The notes: generated from the letters alone by a model not told the origin. Counted from the stretch's first letter, positions 1 through 8,849 are shown. The stretch is DNA of 64,000 bases from an uncultured Gammaproteobacteria bacterium (GCA_963818325.1 CAWFRV010000004.1:119586-183585), one strand, 5' to 3'. Translations and numbers: made by a program.

Positions 1-746
1 TGGGCAGTGACGTATTGCCCCGCTGCTGGCCCTTGCTGGGGATTGAAAGCATGGGAGCAATGAGGACAAACGACATCCACAGCATCGTAACGGTTTTCCA
101 TCACCTCCCAACAAGCCGGGCAAACCAGTTGGGCTTTCGGCTTTTTCTTTGGGTAAGCGTCTTGGGAAAACACATAACGCGAGAACAGCGGGATTATCTC
201 GTTCTCTGGAGTGGTAACTGTTTTGACCCAAAAGCAATACAGCACGGGAATAAGCTCACCGGACACGGGGTCGCGGGTCTGGTAATAACGGCGTATTTCA
301 GGGGCAACTTGTGCTTCAAGGCGGGCAAAAGCGGCGCGTAATTCCGGTTCTGGAACACGGGTAAATGCCTGCCGTACCTGAAACGTGCTGACCGGGTTAA
401 TGTCACAGCCAATGGCTTTTGCCCCCAGTTTGGTGGCTTCGCCCAAGGTCGTGCCACTGCCCATGAAGGGGTCAAGCACCACTTTGCCGCTGAGTTGGTG
501 GTGTTTGTAAAAGCTTTGCCAAACATCCGTGCCCGGTTCACTCAAGGCCGCCAAGGTGATGCCCCGGAACACTGAACCCAGACGTGTCGCCCACCATTTA
601 TGGATGTGGTAAATCGGGCGATTGATTTCCTTGCGCCAGCTTTCCTGCTCGGCAATCTGGCTGATTTCAACAATCGGGAAATCGCCTTCAATCGCGGTGG
701 TTTCACCTGTGGGCAGAAAAGGAACGGTGTGGGCTGTGGTGTTCAT
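1..746 (-). CDS. DUF1156-type adenine DNA methyltransferase (runs off window start)
   Basis: Manual translation from ATG 746 (not in ORF track): MNTTAHTVPF...IYHIHKWWATRLGSVFR...KVVLDPFMGSGTTLGEATKLGAKAIGCDINP; HKWW motif plus SAM-binding DPFxGxG. Confidence 0.85.
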   Translation of the reverse strand, partial: MNTTAHTVPFLPTGETTAIEGDFPIVEISQIAEQESWRKEINRPIYHIHKWWATRLGSVFRGITLAALSEPGTDVWQSFYKHHQLSGKVVLDPFMGSGTTLGEATKLGAKAIGCDINPVSTFQVRQAFTRVPEPELRAAFARLEAQVAPEIRRYYQTRDPVSGELIPVLYCFWVKTVTTPENEIIPLFSRYVFSQDAYPKKKPKAQLVCPACWEVMENRYDAVDVVCPHCSHAFNPQQGPAAGQYVTA

Positions 747-816
747 AAGTGCTTCATTATAGCGGTTTCAGCAATAACCTGCTGGGTAGTGACAGGGAAC
801 AGACTCTTGGGGCGGG

Positions 817-1330
817 CTAGCATCTGGAATGCTGGCGGATCAGGGCAATTTCCGCCGTGTCAATGCCGAGTGATTCCAGAAAGTCCTGATGGGCTTCGGG
901 GGAGCGCTGCTCGAATTCGCTGTGCCATTTGCGCATCCCGGCATCATCCAGCCCGGCGGCACGTAGCATTTCTACCCAGCGTTGCTTGCTCATGGTGCGG
1001 CTGTCCTTGAGGGCGGAGGCGGAATCGAGCAGGCGCACGATTACTTGCTGTTGTTGGCGCAGGCGGCTGATGTCGCTGTTGAGTTCCTGAAGGTGGCGTT
1101 CCAGCACGGCGGTGGGTGCATCCGTGCCGGAAGCCAGCAGGGTGCGGCAGCGGCAAACCGGCATCACGGAAGGTCTGGATGTGCGTCATGCGCTGCACGG
1201 CCTGTTCTGTATACAGACGGTAGCCGCTGGCACTGCGCGTCGAGGCAGGCAGCAGGCCGATTGCGTCGTAATACAGCAACGTGCTGCGTGACAGGCCGAA
1301 ACGTTTCGCCAGTTGACCGATGGTGTACAT
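817..1330 (-). CDS. MerR-family transcriptional regulator (frameshift near 1150)
   Basis: MYTIGQLAKRFGLSRSTLLYYDAIGLL...SGYRLY MerR HTH (944..1330) continues in 817..1167 with coiled coil and WVEMLRAAGLD...WHSEFE domain. Confidence 0.85.
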
Positions 1331-1345
1331 CCGCAGCCTCCCTTA

Positions 1346-1534
1346 TCAGCGTGAATGTTGGCGGATTTGCGCGACCTCCTCCGCCGGGATTTGCAGCCAT
1401 TCCAGAAACGCCTGATGCTGCGCCGGGTGACGCTGCTCAAACAAGCGATGCCACTGGCGCATGGTCGCCTCGTCCAAGCCGGTTTCACGGAACAGCTCGA
1501 CCCACTGGGTTTTGGTCATGTTGGTGTTTGGCAT
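1346..1534 (-). CDS. Small protein paralogous to the MerR C-terminal domain
   Basis: 62 aa aligns with the C-terminus of the downstream MerR; CAGGAG RBS upstream. Confidence 0.8.
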   Translation of the reverse strand: MPNTNMTKTQWVELFRETGLDEATMRQWHRLFEQRHPAQHQAFLEWLQIPAEEVAQIRQHSR

Positions 1535-1567
1535 AATGCACTCCTGTTGTTGATTGGAACAGGGGTA

Positions 1568-1598
1568 AGGCTAAAGGGTGAAGTGGTAGACGGGTCAA
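1568..1598 (-). promoter_or_regulatory. MerR-type sigma70 promoter TTGACC-N19-TAGCCT
   Basis: -35 at 1598..1593, -10 at 1573..1568, counted 19-bp spacer typical of MerR-activated promoters. Confidence 0.65.
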
Positions 1599-1786
1599 GG
1601 AATTAAACGAAGCTCATGCACCAATCTGTTCACGTCTTCGTCGGTCAAATCAGCAGTACGTGGGTTGTTTGCATGACGTTTGCAATAGTTTTCATACCAA
1701 GCGGCGGCATTCTTGCCCAATAGTCCCTGCATTTCTTCCTGTGTCATTACATCGAATTGGTTTTGCTCTTTATTTGAATCCGGCAT
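1595..1786 (-). CDS. Small hypothetical protein, possibly antitoxin-like
   Basis: MPDSNKEQ...LTDEDVNRLVHELRLIP, CAGGAG RBS upstream. Confidence 0.45.
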   Translation of the reverse strand: MPDSNKEQNQFDVMTQEEMQGLLGKNAAAWYENYCKRHANNPRTADLTDEDVNRLVHELRLIP

Positions 1787-1832
1787 TGGTATTTTCACTC
1801 CTGTCAAATGCTCATCACAATGACAATACCGC

Positions 1833-2165
1833 TCAAAGTGCGTGCTCCAGTTCCGCTTCCAGTTCTTCCGGCGGGTAATCCACTGCATCAATGCCGCTTG
1901 CACTTAGCAGTTCGATGAAGGCTTCCAGATCAATACCAGCGAAACGGGCGGCTTGGGCAAGTGTCATCTGGCGGGATTGCACGAAATGTAACGCCATTGT
2001 CCGCTGTATGCCGTGGCGCAGCAGGTTTTCATCAAAAGGAATCGCCAGCATGGAAGGCTTGCCATGCTTGGTGATGACGGTCATGTGTCCCTGTTCGGCG
2101 TGCTTGATCAACTCGCCGGAACGGTTGCGCAAATCGCGAGCAGAAAAGACTTCGACAGCTTGCAT
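1833..2165 (-). CDS. Phd/YefM antitoxin fused to UPF0175 domain
   Basis: FSARDLRNRSGELI...VITKHGKP (Phd) plus TLAQAARFAGIDLEAFIELL...YPPEELEAEL (UPF0175). Confidence 0.8.
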   Translation of the reverse strand: MQAVEVFSARDLRNRSGELIKHAEQGHMTVITKHGKPSMLAIPFDENLLRHGIQRTMALHFVQSRQMTLAQAARFAGIDLEAFIELLSASGIDAVDYPPEELEAELEHAL

Positions 2166-2348
2166 GGTAGTATTCCCCGGAATAGTTATGTACACAAAGT
2201 GTAGCATAATCCGTTTTGAAGCGGATCAACTTTTGCTGGATACGGGGACTCCAATACAAGCGGTGGTATGGCGACATCGAAACCCTAGATTCTCATGATA
2301 GAGTTTTACTGCTACACTTTCCCTATCGTGTATTACGGTATGACAATC

Positions 2349-2606
2349 ATGACAATTTCTGTACGACTTCCACCGGAAGAGCAGCACATGCTGGAAATGG
2401 CAGCGCGGCGCGTAGGGCGCAGCAAGAGTGACCTGATGCGGCAGGCAGTGCGTGAACTGTGCCAGCGATTGGCAACAGATAACCGCACGCCCTACAGTTT
2501 AGGGCAAGATTTGTTCGGTGCGGGTAGCCTTGCCTCTGCCCCGACTGATCCGCTGAAACGTCAAATCTGGGAGAAATTGCTTGCCAAACACAAGCGCGTG
2601 GGTTGA
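2349..2606 (+). CDS. Ribbon-helix-helix (CopG-like) antitoxin
   Basis: MTISVRLPPEEQHMLEMAARRVGRSKSDLMRQAV; overlaps PIN gene. Confidence 0.8.
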   Translation: MTISVRLPPEEQHMLEMAARRVGRSKSDLMRQAVRELCQRLATDNRTPYSLGQDLFGAGSLASAPTDPLKRQIWEKLLAKHKRVG

Positions 2607-2997
2607 TACCGGCTTTCTGGTCGCACTATTTGCCAAAAACGACAAACACCATGCTTCTGCCCAAGCGTTCTTGAGCAGCTTAGGGAAGATCGAATTACAT
2701 TCTATCTGGCCTGTAGTGGTGGAAGCCTGCTTTTTCCTCGATACCAACGGCAAACTTGCCCTACTCCAGTGGATAGAACGCGGGGCATTGACGCTGCACG
2801 ACATCCGCACACAGGATTTGCCTATCGTCCGCAACACGCTGGAAAAGTACCAAAACCTTGAACCGGATTTCACCGATGCAGCATTGGTGACATTGGCGGG
2901 ATTGCGCAAAATCAGGCATATCCTGACGGTGGATGAGCGGGATTTTTCGGTTTATCGGCTGGCGGATGGGAGCTGTTTTGAGCGGTTGTGGGTGTAA
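2581..2997 (+). CDS. vapC: PIN-domain VapC-family toxin
   Basis: VDTGFLVAL, VVEAC, DFTDAALV, ILTVDERDF acidic PIN motifs. Confidence 0.85.
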   Translation: MPNTSAWVDTGFLVALFAKNDKHHASAQAFLSSLGKIELHSIWPVVVEACFFLDTNGKLALLQWIERGALTLHDIRTQDLPIVRNTLEKYQNLEPDFTDAALVTLAGLRKIRHILTVDERDFSVYRLADGSCFERLWV

Positions 2998-3047
2998 ATG
3001 CCTTGAAACCTATATGATTTATTGGGACGTGGTAAGTAAGTTTAAAA

Positions 3048-4439
3048 ATGAGCATTCAGAATTTTGCATTAATTGATGGTAAACCCGCATTTATCAAAAA
3101 TTATCGCCATTTGGTAGGGAACTATAAAGAGCGTCCAATAGCCATTTGCCCCATAAAGGGCTGCGGGTGTGAAATGGAGATGGTATTGCCTAAAGATGAA
3201 ACCATCATGCGTTCACATTTTCGACACAAATCAAAGTCAGTTGCCGACCATTCTCCAGAATCAATATGGCATTGTGATGTTAAATACCATATCGCTGAAC
3301 AACTAAAACAAAAAGCCAAGATAAAAATAAAATGGAAATGTAAATCAGGATTTTGCAAAAGCAAATGTTCGCTGCCATCATTATTGTCTGACCAGCCTAA
3401 TTATATTGATGTGGATAGCAGAAAAATTGGAAAATTCCTTCCCGACATTACTTTGTATCATGACAATAAACCATTGGCTGCAATTGAGGTTTTTAATACT
3501 CATGAGTCAAGTGATGAAAAAATAGCCTTTTATGACGAACAAAAGTTACCGTGGTTTGAGATTCTTGTACAGTCATTTAGTAATTATGAAAAGATTATGG
3601 ACTGGAAAGGTGGAGATGGTTTGCAGAAATTTATCTCACGCCATTATTACCCTGAGACTTTGCCAAGACATTGCCCTAGTTGCGAACAAGCAATCGCAGA
3701 TAAGGAAAGACACGAGAGAGAAAAAGCTGAACGTGCAGCAAGGGAACAAGCAGAATATCAAGCCAGACGTAGAAAGGCTGAAATATTTAAGCAAAAAGTT
3801 GGGGAGAAGCTACTTCCTTTACTTACTAGTGGAAAGTCAATTTCATTAGATTTCAAACTGATCTGTTCTGATTGCAGATTGTCATTTCCTCAATATTTAA
3901 TTTTTAGAGATGTAACACAATTTGCAATAAATGATTACATTCCCCATGTAAATGAGATATGCGATATTGCTCTTTACGATAGATACAATGATTATTGCGG
4001 CTGCATTCTTATAAAGAAAAAACATTCAAGCAATGATGAAATAAAAGATGAATTAATGAGCAAATCTGATAAAAACAACAAGGCATTCATTGAGATTGAT
4101 CTAAAAAATAATAAATTTTATATTATTGATTCCAGCTTGCATGGAAATCAACAAAAATTGTATACTTGCAATGCTTGTAAATCTCTAAGGGCAGAAAAAG
4201 AACGAATAAGATTAAATAATCTCAGGACTGAGATACAAGCTAGAGAACTTGAGGTAAAAAGAAAGCTAGAAGAAAAAATAGCTGGCATTACCAATGAGAT
4301 TAACAATTGTCAATCTCAAATAAATAACTGTCTCGAAAGGATCAGATTAAGTCGATCAAATGATGAGAAGGAGACCGCTAGACAAGTATTGCACAGATTA
4401 AAAAACGAACTAAATTCTTTAAAGAATCGTCTGCCTTAA
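3048..4439 (+). CDS. AT-rich CoiA-like PD-(D/E)xK nuclease with Cys-pairs and coiled coil
   Basis: CPIKGC...HFRH...ESIWH N-terminus, PDITL...AIEVFNTH nuclease motif; visibly much lower GC than flanks. Confidence 0.55.
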   Translation: MSIQNFALIDGKPAFIKNYRHLVGNYKERPIAICPIKGCGCEMEMVLPKDETIMRSHFRHKSKSVADHSPESIWHCDVKYHIAEQLKQKAKIKIKWKCKSGFCKSKCSLPSLLSDQPNYIDVDSRKIGKFLPDITLYHDNKPLAAIEVFNTHESSDEKIAFYDEQKLPWFEILVQSFSNYEKIMDWKGGDGLQKFISRHYYPETLPRHCPSCEQAIADKERHEREKAERAAREQAEYQARRRKAEIFKQKVGEKLLPLLTSGKSISLDFKLICSDCRLSFPQYLIFRDVTQFAINDYIPHVNEICDIALYDRYNDYCGCILIKKKHSSNDEIKDELMSKSDKNNKAFIEIDLKNNKFYIIDSSLHGNQQKLYTCNACKSLRAEKERIRLNNLRTEIQARELEVKRKLEEKIAGITNEINNCQSQINNCLERIRLSRSNDEKETARQVLHRLKNELNSLKNRLP

Positions 4440-4500
4440 ATTTAAATCCTATATTTTTCTAAGCCATGACAATAGACATTGTGTGTCTGTCATCTTCCCT

Positions 4501-4686
4501 ACATCACATTCCCGACATTCCCCCTCAAACCCCTTTGTCGCACACCCAACAAAAAAACCCCAACCAATTGTAAATAAAAGAAAAATTTCCAATAACTAAC
4601 ATCACATTCCCGACATTCCCCCTCAAACCCCTTTGTCGCACACCCAACAACAAAACCCCAACCAACTGTAAATAAAAGAAAAATCA
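4501..4686 (+). repeat. Near-perfect tandem duplication, 98-bp period, in nifB promoter region
   Basis: ACATCACATTCCCGACATTCCCCCTCAAACCCCTTTGTCGCACACCCAACAA... starts at 4501 and again at 4599. Confidence 0.9.
4536..4649 (+). promoter_or_regulatory. Two NifA upstream activator sequences TGT-N10-ACA (4536-4551, 4634-4649)
   Basis: TGTCGCACACCCAACA in each repeat copy, upstream of sigma54 promoter and nifB. Confidence 0.75.
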
Positions 4687-4701
4687 CCAACCACCGCCAC
4701 T

Positions 4702-4716
4702 TGGCACGCAAATTGA
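4702..4716 (+). promoter_or_regulatory. Sigma54 -24/-12 promoter of nifB
   Basis: TGGCAC-GCAAA-TTGA (GA variant of -12 GC) about 50 bp before nifB ATG. Confidence 0.75.
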
Positions 4717-4767
4717 ACTACCCATGCAAACACCCTCACGAAACCCATTTCGTCACGGAGAATACGC

Positions 4768-6276
4768 ATGGAACTGACTGTTTTAGGGCAAAGCCAAACC
4801 ACCGCCCCCGATGCCGGGGGCTGCGCCTCCAGCGGTTGCGGGAGCAACGACGACCAACTGAACCACCTGCCGGAACACATCCGCGCCAAGGTGCATAACC
4901 ACCCGTGCTACTCCGAAGAGGCACACCACCATTACGCCCGGATGCACGTTGCGGTTGCCCCGGCCTGCAACATCCAGTGCCACTATTGCAACCGCAAATA
5001 CGACTGTTCCAACGAATCGCGCCCCGGCGTGGTTTCCGAACTGCTCACCCCCGATCAGGCGGTGAAAAAGGTCATGACCGTGGCGGCGAACATCCCGCAA
5101 ATGACCGTGCTGGGCATCGCAGGCCCCGGCGACCCGCTCGCCAACCCGGAACGCACCTTCGACACCTTCCGCCAACTGACCGAAAAAGCACCGGACATCA
5201 AGCTGTGCGTCTCCACCAACGGTCTGGCACTGCCGGAACTGGTCGACGAACTGTGCAAGCACAATATCGACCACGTAACCATGACCATCAACTGCGTTGA
5301 CCCCGACATCGGCGCACAGATTTACCCGTGGATTTTCTGGAAAAACCGCCGCGTCTACGGGCGTAAAGGTGCAGAAATCCTCATCAAGCAGCAGCAAAAA
5401 GGGCTGCAAATGCTGGTCGATCGCGGCATTTTGGTCAAGGTCAACTCGGTGATGATCCCCGGTGTCAACGACAAGCATCTGGAAGAAGTCAGCAAGGCGG
5501 TCAAAGCCAAAGGCGCATTCCTGCACAACGTCATGCCGCTGATTGCCGAAGCCGAACACGGCACGTTCTACGGCGTGATGGGGCAACGCGGCCCGACCCA
5601 CGACGAATTGCAGGAACTGCAAGATGCCTGTTCCGGCGACATGAACATGATGCGCCACTGCCGCCAATGCCGCGCCGATGCGGTCGGGATGCTGGGCGAA
5701 GACCGTGGTGACGAGTTCACGATGGACAAAATCGAAGCCGTGGATGTCGACTACGCCGCCGCGATGGTCAAACGCGCCGAAGTCCACGCCGCCATCGAAG
5801 CCACCCTCGCCGCCAAACAGCAGAAGAAGAATGAAACCTTCATCTCGCTGTCCAGCTTGAGCATTCCGAAAAAGGAATCCCGCCCGGTACTGATGGCAAT
5901 CGCCACTTCCGGCGGCGGCATCATCAACCAGCACTTCGGTCATGCGCGTGAATTCCTGATTTACGAAGCCAATGCCCACGACGTGCGCTTCATCAGCCAC
6001 CGCAAAACCGACCTGTATTGCAGCGGCGATGACACCTGCGGCGACGGCGAAAGTGTCCTGCAAAAAACCATCAACGCGCTGAAAGGCTGCGAAGTGGTGC
6101 TGTGTTCCAAGATCGGCTACGAGCCGTGGGGAATGCTGGAAGAAGCCGGAATCATGCCCAACGGTGAACACGCGCTGGAAGCCATCGAAGACGCAGTTGC
6201 CGCCGTCTACAAGGAAATGGGCGAAAAAGGCTTGCTCGACAAGAAACCGGAAACCAAGCAACGCGCCACCGCGTAA
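4768..6276 (+). CDS. nifB: Nitrogenase cofactor biosynthesis radical SAM protein NifB with C-terminal NifX-like domain
   Basis: HPCYSEEAH, CNIQCHYCNRKYDC, ESRPG, AGPGDPLAN, CRQCRADA, HFGHA. Confidence 0.97.
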   Translation: MELTVLGQSQTTAPDAGGCASSGCGSNDDQLNHLPEHIRAKVHNHPCYSEEAHHHYARMHVAVAPACNIQCHYCNRKYDCSNESRPGVVSELLTPDQAVKKVMTVAANIPQMTVLGIAGPGDPLANPERTFDTFRQLTEKAPDIKLCVSTNGLALPELVDELCKHNIDHVTMTINCVDPDIGAQIYPWIFWKNRRVYGRKGAEILIKQQQKGLQMLVDRGILVKVNSVMIPGVNDKHLEEVSKAVKAKGAFLHNVMPLIAEAEHGTFYGVMGQRGPTHDELQELQDACSGDMNMMRHCRQCRADAVGMLGEDRGDEFTMDKIEAVDVDYAAAMVKRAEVHAAIEATLAAKQQKKNETFISLSSLSIPKKESRPVLMAIATSGGGIINQHFGHAREFLIYEANAHDVRFISHRKTDLYCSGDDTCGDGESVLQKTINALKGCEVVLCSKIGYEPWGMLEEAGIMPNGEHALEAIEDAVAAVYKEMGEKGLLDKKPETKQRATA

Positions 6277-6287
6277 GGAGCTGCATC

Positions 6288-6566
6288 ATGGCATTACAAA
6301 TCGTTGACGGCTGCGTGAACTGCTGGGCGTGCGAACCGCTCTGCCCCAGCAAAGCCATTTACGCCGCGATCCCGCATTTCCTGATCGACGCCAAGAAATG
6401 CACCGAATGCGACGGCGACTACGCCGACAAGCAATGCGCCAGCATCTGCCCGGTCGAACAAGTGATCGTGGACAGTCAGGGTGAAGCCCTGAATCCACCG
6501 GGTTCACTGACCGGGATTCCGCCGGAACGGTGGGAACAGGTGCGGGCGGAGATACAGGCGAGATAG
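6288..6566 (+). CDS. fdxN: nif-associated 2[4Fe-4S] ferredoxin
   Basis: CVNCWACEPLCP and CTECDG...CASICP directly after nifB. Confidence 0.85.
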   Translation: MALQIVDGCVNCWACEPLCPSKAIYAAIPHFLIDAKKCTECDGDYADKQCASICPVEQVIVDSQGEALNPPGSLTGIPPERWEQVRAEIQAR

Positions 6567-6571
6567 AAGAA

Positions 6572-6672
6572 ACCCCTCACCCCTAGCCCCTCTCCCTCAA
6601 GGGGCGAGGGGCATAAGAGACTCTTTTCTTGCCCCCTCGCCCCTTGAGGGAGAGGGGCTGGGGGTGAGGGGT
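6572..6672. repeat. Long inverted repeat with nested hairpins (REP/MITE-like)
   Basis: ACCCCTCACCCCTAGCCCCTCTCCCTCAAGGGGCGAGGGGCA ... TGCCCCTCGCCCCTTGAGGGAGAGGGGCTGGGGGTGAGGGGT. Confidence 0.85.
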
Positions 6673-6709
6673 AAGTTCGGAGAACACCATTCCACACGAG
6701 GACACAGCC

Positions 6710-6865
6710 ATGCAATCACGTTTACTAAAATTCTTGCAGACCTTCCGCCGTCACGGACAGATCGACCCGGCACTCAAACGCGCCTACCCGAACCTGCCCA
6801 ACTGCCTGCTCAAACGCCATTCCGCGCTGCTGAGCATGAGTCTGGCAGGCAACCGTCATGGCTGA
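6710..6865 (+). CDS. 51-aa hypothetical protein in the nif cluster
   Basis: GAGGA RBS; MQSRLLKFLQTFRRHGQIDPALKRAYPNLPNCLLKRHSALLSMSLAGNRHG; stop overlaps next start. Confidence 0.6.
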   Translation: MQSRLLKFLQTFRRHGQIDPALKRAYPNLPNCLLKRHSALLSMSLAGNRHG

Positions 6866-8151
6866 CACCCCGTCACTCAACGTCTCGAAATGGCACGAAG
6901 CGGTCGAATTCGCCCCCGGTGTCCACTGGATCGGCGCACTCGACCCGACTTTGCGCACCTTCGACATTATCCTCAAAACCGCCAACGGCACGACGTACAA
7001 CTCGTATCTGGTGCGCGGCAGCGAAGGTGTCGCCATCATCGACACGGTGAAGGAAGGCTTTGAGGACGAATTTTTCCACCGCCTCGAATCGGTGGCGCGT
7101 TACGACGAAATCAACGTGATCGTGTTCAACCACCTCGAACCCGACCACAGCGGCGCGTTGCCGGAACTGATGCGCCGCGCCCCGCAAGCACGGCTGTACA
7201 TTTCCACCCGCGCAACTTCCATGCTCAAAGCGTTGTTGCGCCCCAACCGCGAAGAGCCGTTTGAATACACCACCGTCACCACCAATGACCGGGTAAGCCT
7301 CGGCGACCGCCATTTGCGCTTCCTGCACACGCCATTCCTGCACTGGCCGGATACGCAATGCACCTATCTGGAAGAGGAACAGGTGCTGTTTTCTGGCGAT
7401 ATTTTCGGCTGCCATTACTGCGATGTACGCCTGTTTAATGACCGGGTGGGCGATTTCCGCTTTTCGTTCGATTACTACTACGCGCACATCATGCGCCCGT
7501 TCAAGCAGTGGGTGATGGAAGCACTGGCGCTGATCGAACCGCTGAAAATGAAAATAGTCGCGCCAACGCATGGCCCGATTTTGCGCGAACGCCCACGCCG
7601 TTACGTGGCGCATTACCGCGAGCTTTCCACCTCCACCCTTAGCCGCGAAATCGGCGACACCAACAAGTCGTTGATCATTTTCTACATGAGTTCCTACGGT
7701 AATACGGCACGCATGGCAGAAGCGATTTACCAAGGCGCGGATACCGTCGAAGGCGTGCGCGTGTCGCTGTACGACCTCGAAGGTGGCGAAGTCGCGCCTT
7801 TCGTTGACCTGATTGAAGATGCCGACGCGCTGCTGTTCGGTTCCCCCACCATCAACGGCGATGCGGTCAAGCCGGTGTGGGATTTGCTCTCGTCGCTGGC
7901 GGTGGTGAACCTCAAAGGCAAGATCGGCGCGGCCTTCGGCTCGTATGGCTGGAGCGGCGAAGCAGTGCGCATGGTCGAAGACCGGATGCGTGGGCTGAAA
8001 ATGCGGGTTCCGCGTGAAGGGCATCCGCGTCAAACTGATTCCAACACAAGAAGAATTGGATGAATGCACAGGGTTTGGTAGAGAAATAGCCAACATTCTG
8101 ATCGGCAAGGAAGTACAGCGCGGGGTCATTGAATTCAGTGACCTCACCTGA
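6858..8151 (+). CDS. FprA-family flavodiiron (A-type flavoprotein), frameshift near 8020
   Basis: GTTYNSYL, NHLEPDHSG, LHWPD, SGDIFGCH, PTHGP; flavodoxin SSYGNT...FGSYGWSGEA. Confidence 0.92.
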
Positions 8152-8200
8152 ATACCGCGCTGTCAGACAACTTTTTAATTAACGATTCAAGGAAATCGAC

Positions 8201-8485
8201 ATGGCAAAGGCAAAAATCACCTTTGAGGACATCAACCAAACGGTCAATGTCCCCGCCGGAACCCGCATTATCGAAATCTCTGAAAAGATCGGTGCGGGCG
8301 TTATCTACGGTTGCCGCGAAGGCGATTGCGGCACTTGCATGATGGAAGTCACCGAAGGCTGGAACAACCTGACCGAACCTTCCGTGCTGGAAGAAAAAGT
8401 CCTGCGCGAAAACATGGCAGGTCGCCACTACCGTCTTGCGTGCCAAGCGCAAATCCTCGGCGACTGCAAAGTTAAACCCGCCTGA
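8201..8485 (+). CDS. [2Fe-2S] ferredoxin
   Basis: GCREGDCGTC...RLACQ. Confidence 0.9.
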   Translation: MAKAKITFEDINQTVNVPAGTRIIEISEKIGAGVIYGCREGDCGTCMMEVTEGWNNLTEPSVLEEKVLRENMAGRHYRLACQAQILGDCKVKPA

Positions 8486-8500
8486 TTCAAGGAGAACAAC

Positions 8501-8849
8501 ATGGCATTAATTACTTTTTCCAGCCCCGAATACAAGGACAAAACCGTGTACGCGGTGGCAGGCAGCTTCACCGAAACCGTGCTGAAAATTGCCAAAACCA
8601 ACAAGATTCCGATCCAGTTTTCCTGTGGCGATGGCGAATGCGGCACTTGCGTGGTCAAAGTCACGCAACTGGGCGACAAAGCGCCAATGGGCTATCACCT
8701 GGAAGAAAAGGAAAAGACTGTCTTGCTGGAACTCGGCAAAATCACCAAAAGCGAGATGGAAGACATGATCGTTAACGACCTGCCGAGCAAATGGCGGTTG
8801 GCTTGCCAGTTCATCCCGCGTGATGAGGATGTGTCTGGTCGAGTATTAA
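8501..8849 (+). CDS. FeSII (Shethna protein II)-like [2Fe-2S] nitrogenase-protection protein (indel near 8834)
   Basis: MALITFSSP...AVAG...FSCGDGECGTCVVK...EKEKTVLLELGK...DLPSKWRLACQ...DEDV(LVEY) follows the Azotobacter FeSII pattern as I recall it. Confidence 0.75.

Noticed and set aside
4501-4686. CRISPR array
   Set aside because: Only two adjacent copies with no unique spacers and no cas genes; no CRISPR array, tRNA or rRNA was recognised in the window.
4783-8147. Long antisense ORFs (492 aa and 424 aa) and similar ones elsewhere
   Set aside because: Shadow frames of codon-biased genes (nifB, flavodiiron), with no recognisable motifs.
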